Of a stretch of DNA of 64,000 nucleotides, positions 62,574 to 64,000 are shown piece by piece; position 1 is the first letter of the stretch; each line of letters begins with the position of its first letter. Made by a program: the position numbers and the translations under genes. Below the pieces are notes generated by a model. That model was not told the DNA's origin. It made no database searches and saw nothing but the letters and a program-made list of their open reading frames with translations. Source of the DNA: Eledone cirrhosa (lineage: Eukaryota); NCBI GenBank assembly GCA_964016885.1, contig OZ024741.1, positions 194,680,001 to 194,744,000 of the forward strand, given 5' to 3'.

Positions 62574-62830
62574 TATGGCTTAGTGGTTAGGGTGTTTGGC
62601 TAATGATCGTAAGGTTCTGAGTTCGATTCCTTGCATTGTTTCTTTGAGCAAGACACTTTATTTCACATTGTTCCTGTAATTCAAAAAGGCCCAGTTTTGT
62701 CACACACTGTATCATACTGAATCTCCCCAAGAGCTACATTAAGAGTGAACATGTCTACGGAATTCTCAGCTACTTGCGCAGTAAATTCATGTGATGTCAG
62801 TTCCATAGTTTGAACAACTGGAACTGACAG
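62574..62830 (+). mobile_element. tRNA-headed SINE
   Basis: ATGGCTTAGTGGTTAGGG...GAGTTCGATTCC head and CTTTGAGCAAGACACTTTATTTCACATTG core; related copies at 46394-46640 and 58575-58875. Confidence 0.8.
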
Positions 62831-63860
62831 AGGACAACACACAAAATATTTCTTCAAATTATTTTTAGCTACCCTTTTATTAGTTTCAGTCATTGCACTG
62901 TGGTCATGCAGAGGCACTACCTTCAATTATTAGAGACAAATAGGTCAATCCAAGCAATTAGTCTGCTAAATTATTTTATGGATTTCAATTTATCAAATGG
63001 CTGAGTTCACTCATTGAATTATATTTCTTTATAGCAGACAGTTCTATTGTTTGGATAATTGGAAGACTCATAGTCAAAACCAATGGAGGTCCAACACATA
63101 CACACACACTTGTAAGTGTAGTATATACAGTTCCACATACAAATGTAGGTGTAACAGATACAGTTACACACACGCATGTAGGTGTAATGGATACAGTTGT
63201 TCTCTAGAGATGTAAAATTACAGCAGTGGTGTGTTTTTTTTTGCAATGCTTAATCTGTTATAGTGGAGTCAAGATTCTAGTTCGTGTTTGCTAACAAATA
63301 ATGTGTAGCTATCTTTGATATGATATAAGATATCATTGTGGTATTATTGTAACATGTGCATTACTGTTTATAAGATTCAATAAGTTATCTACACACAGGG
63401 CTTGGTACTGGAAGATTAACGGTGCCAAACCTTTTTAAAATTATTTATTTATTATTTTAATTTTTTTCATTAAGCCTAGCTTCCTCTGCCGAATCAATAT
63501 TATCATTTATTTCCTATTTTTCTTTTCTTATATTTCCTTCAAATCAGGAATGTTCTGAAAGACAGATTTGGCTAATAGCATCACATTTATTCTCATGTGT
63601 ATAATCTAAAAGCTCAATATTTGTGTAGAACCTGTCTATTTAACTTTTGCTTTTAAAAGTTTGGTTTTCTGTTATAATCGATTTTGCATACTACATCATA
63701 TTATACCAGTGTATAGTAACATGAGCATATTGTAAAATATCATATCTATCTGTCTGCCTGTCCATCAATCTACCTATTCATGACCTGTATTTCAGTCTAT
63801 CTATCTATCTATCAAACTGTATATCCACCCATCTATCTCTCTGTTTCTTTGTCTGTCTAC

Positions 63861-63862
<2 letters not shown>

Positions 63863-63949
<87 letters not shown>

Positions 63950-63952
63950 AAT

Positions 63953-63985
<33 letters not shown>
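63863..63985. repeat. (TA)n microsatellite
   Basis: Long TA run; similar runs at 15660, 17170, 42290, 42686, 44845, 45272, 45514 and 52936. Confidence 0.97.
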
Positions 63986-64000
63986 ACGAAGGAAATGTGG

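Overview
AT-rich, microsatellite-dense animal genomic DNA, most likely a coleoid cephalopod such as Octopus (inferred from the RTE/SINE/Penelope repeat landscape, not from a marker gene). Three host genes can be supported: an intronless ZWILCH-like CDS (6717-8519, +), an intronless VIPAS39/SPE-39-like CDS (26455-24728, -), and a claudin/PMP22-superfamily tetraspan gene with three coding exons (37373-42120, +) that is split across several ORF-track entries. The rest is mostly transposon debris: a decayed Gypsy element with a nested solo LTR, a small non-autonomous LTR element nested in a foldback element, DD37D and mariner elements, hAT elements, two non-autonomous Helitrons, RTE LINEs whose RT carries a PHD-type finger, CRE and Penelope fragments, and tRNA-derived SINEs. 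The most notable non-coding signal is a set of minimal type-I hammerhead ribozyme motifs, including an inverted pair at 52.5-52.8 kb. A 22 x 48-bp higher-order minisatellite and several hairpins lie in introns of the claudin-like gene. All calls come from reading the sequence by eye; no database searches were run.
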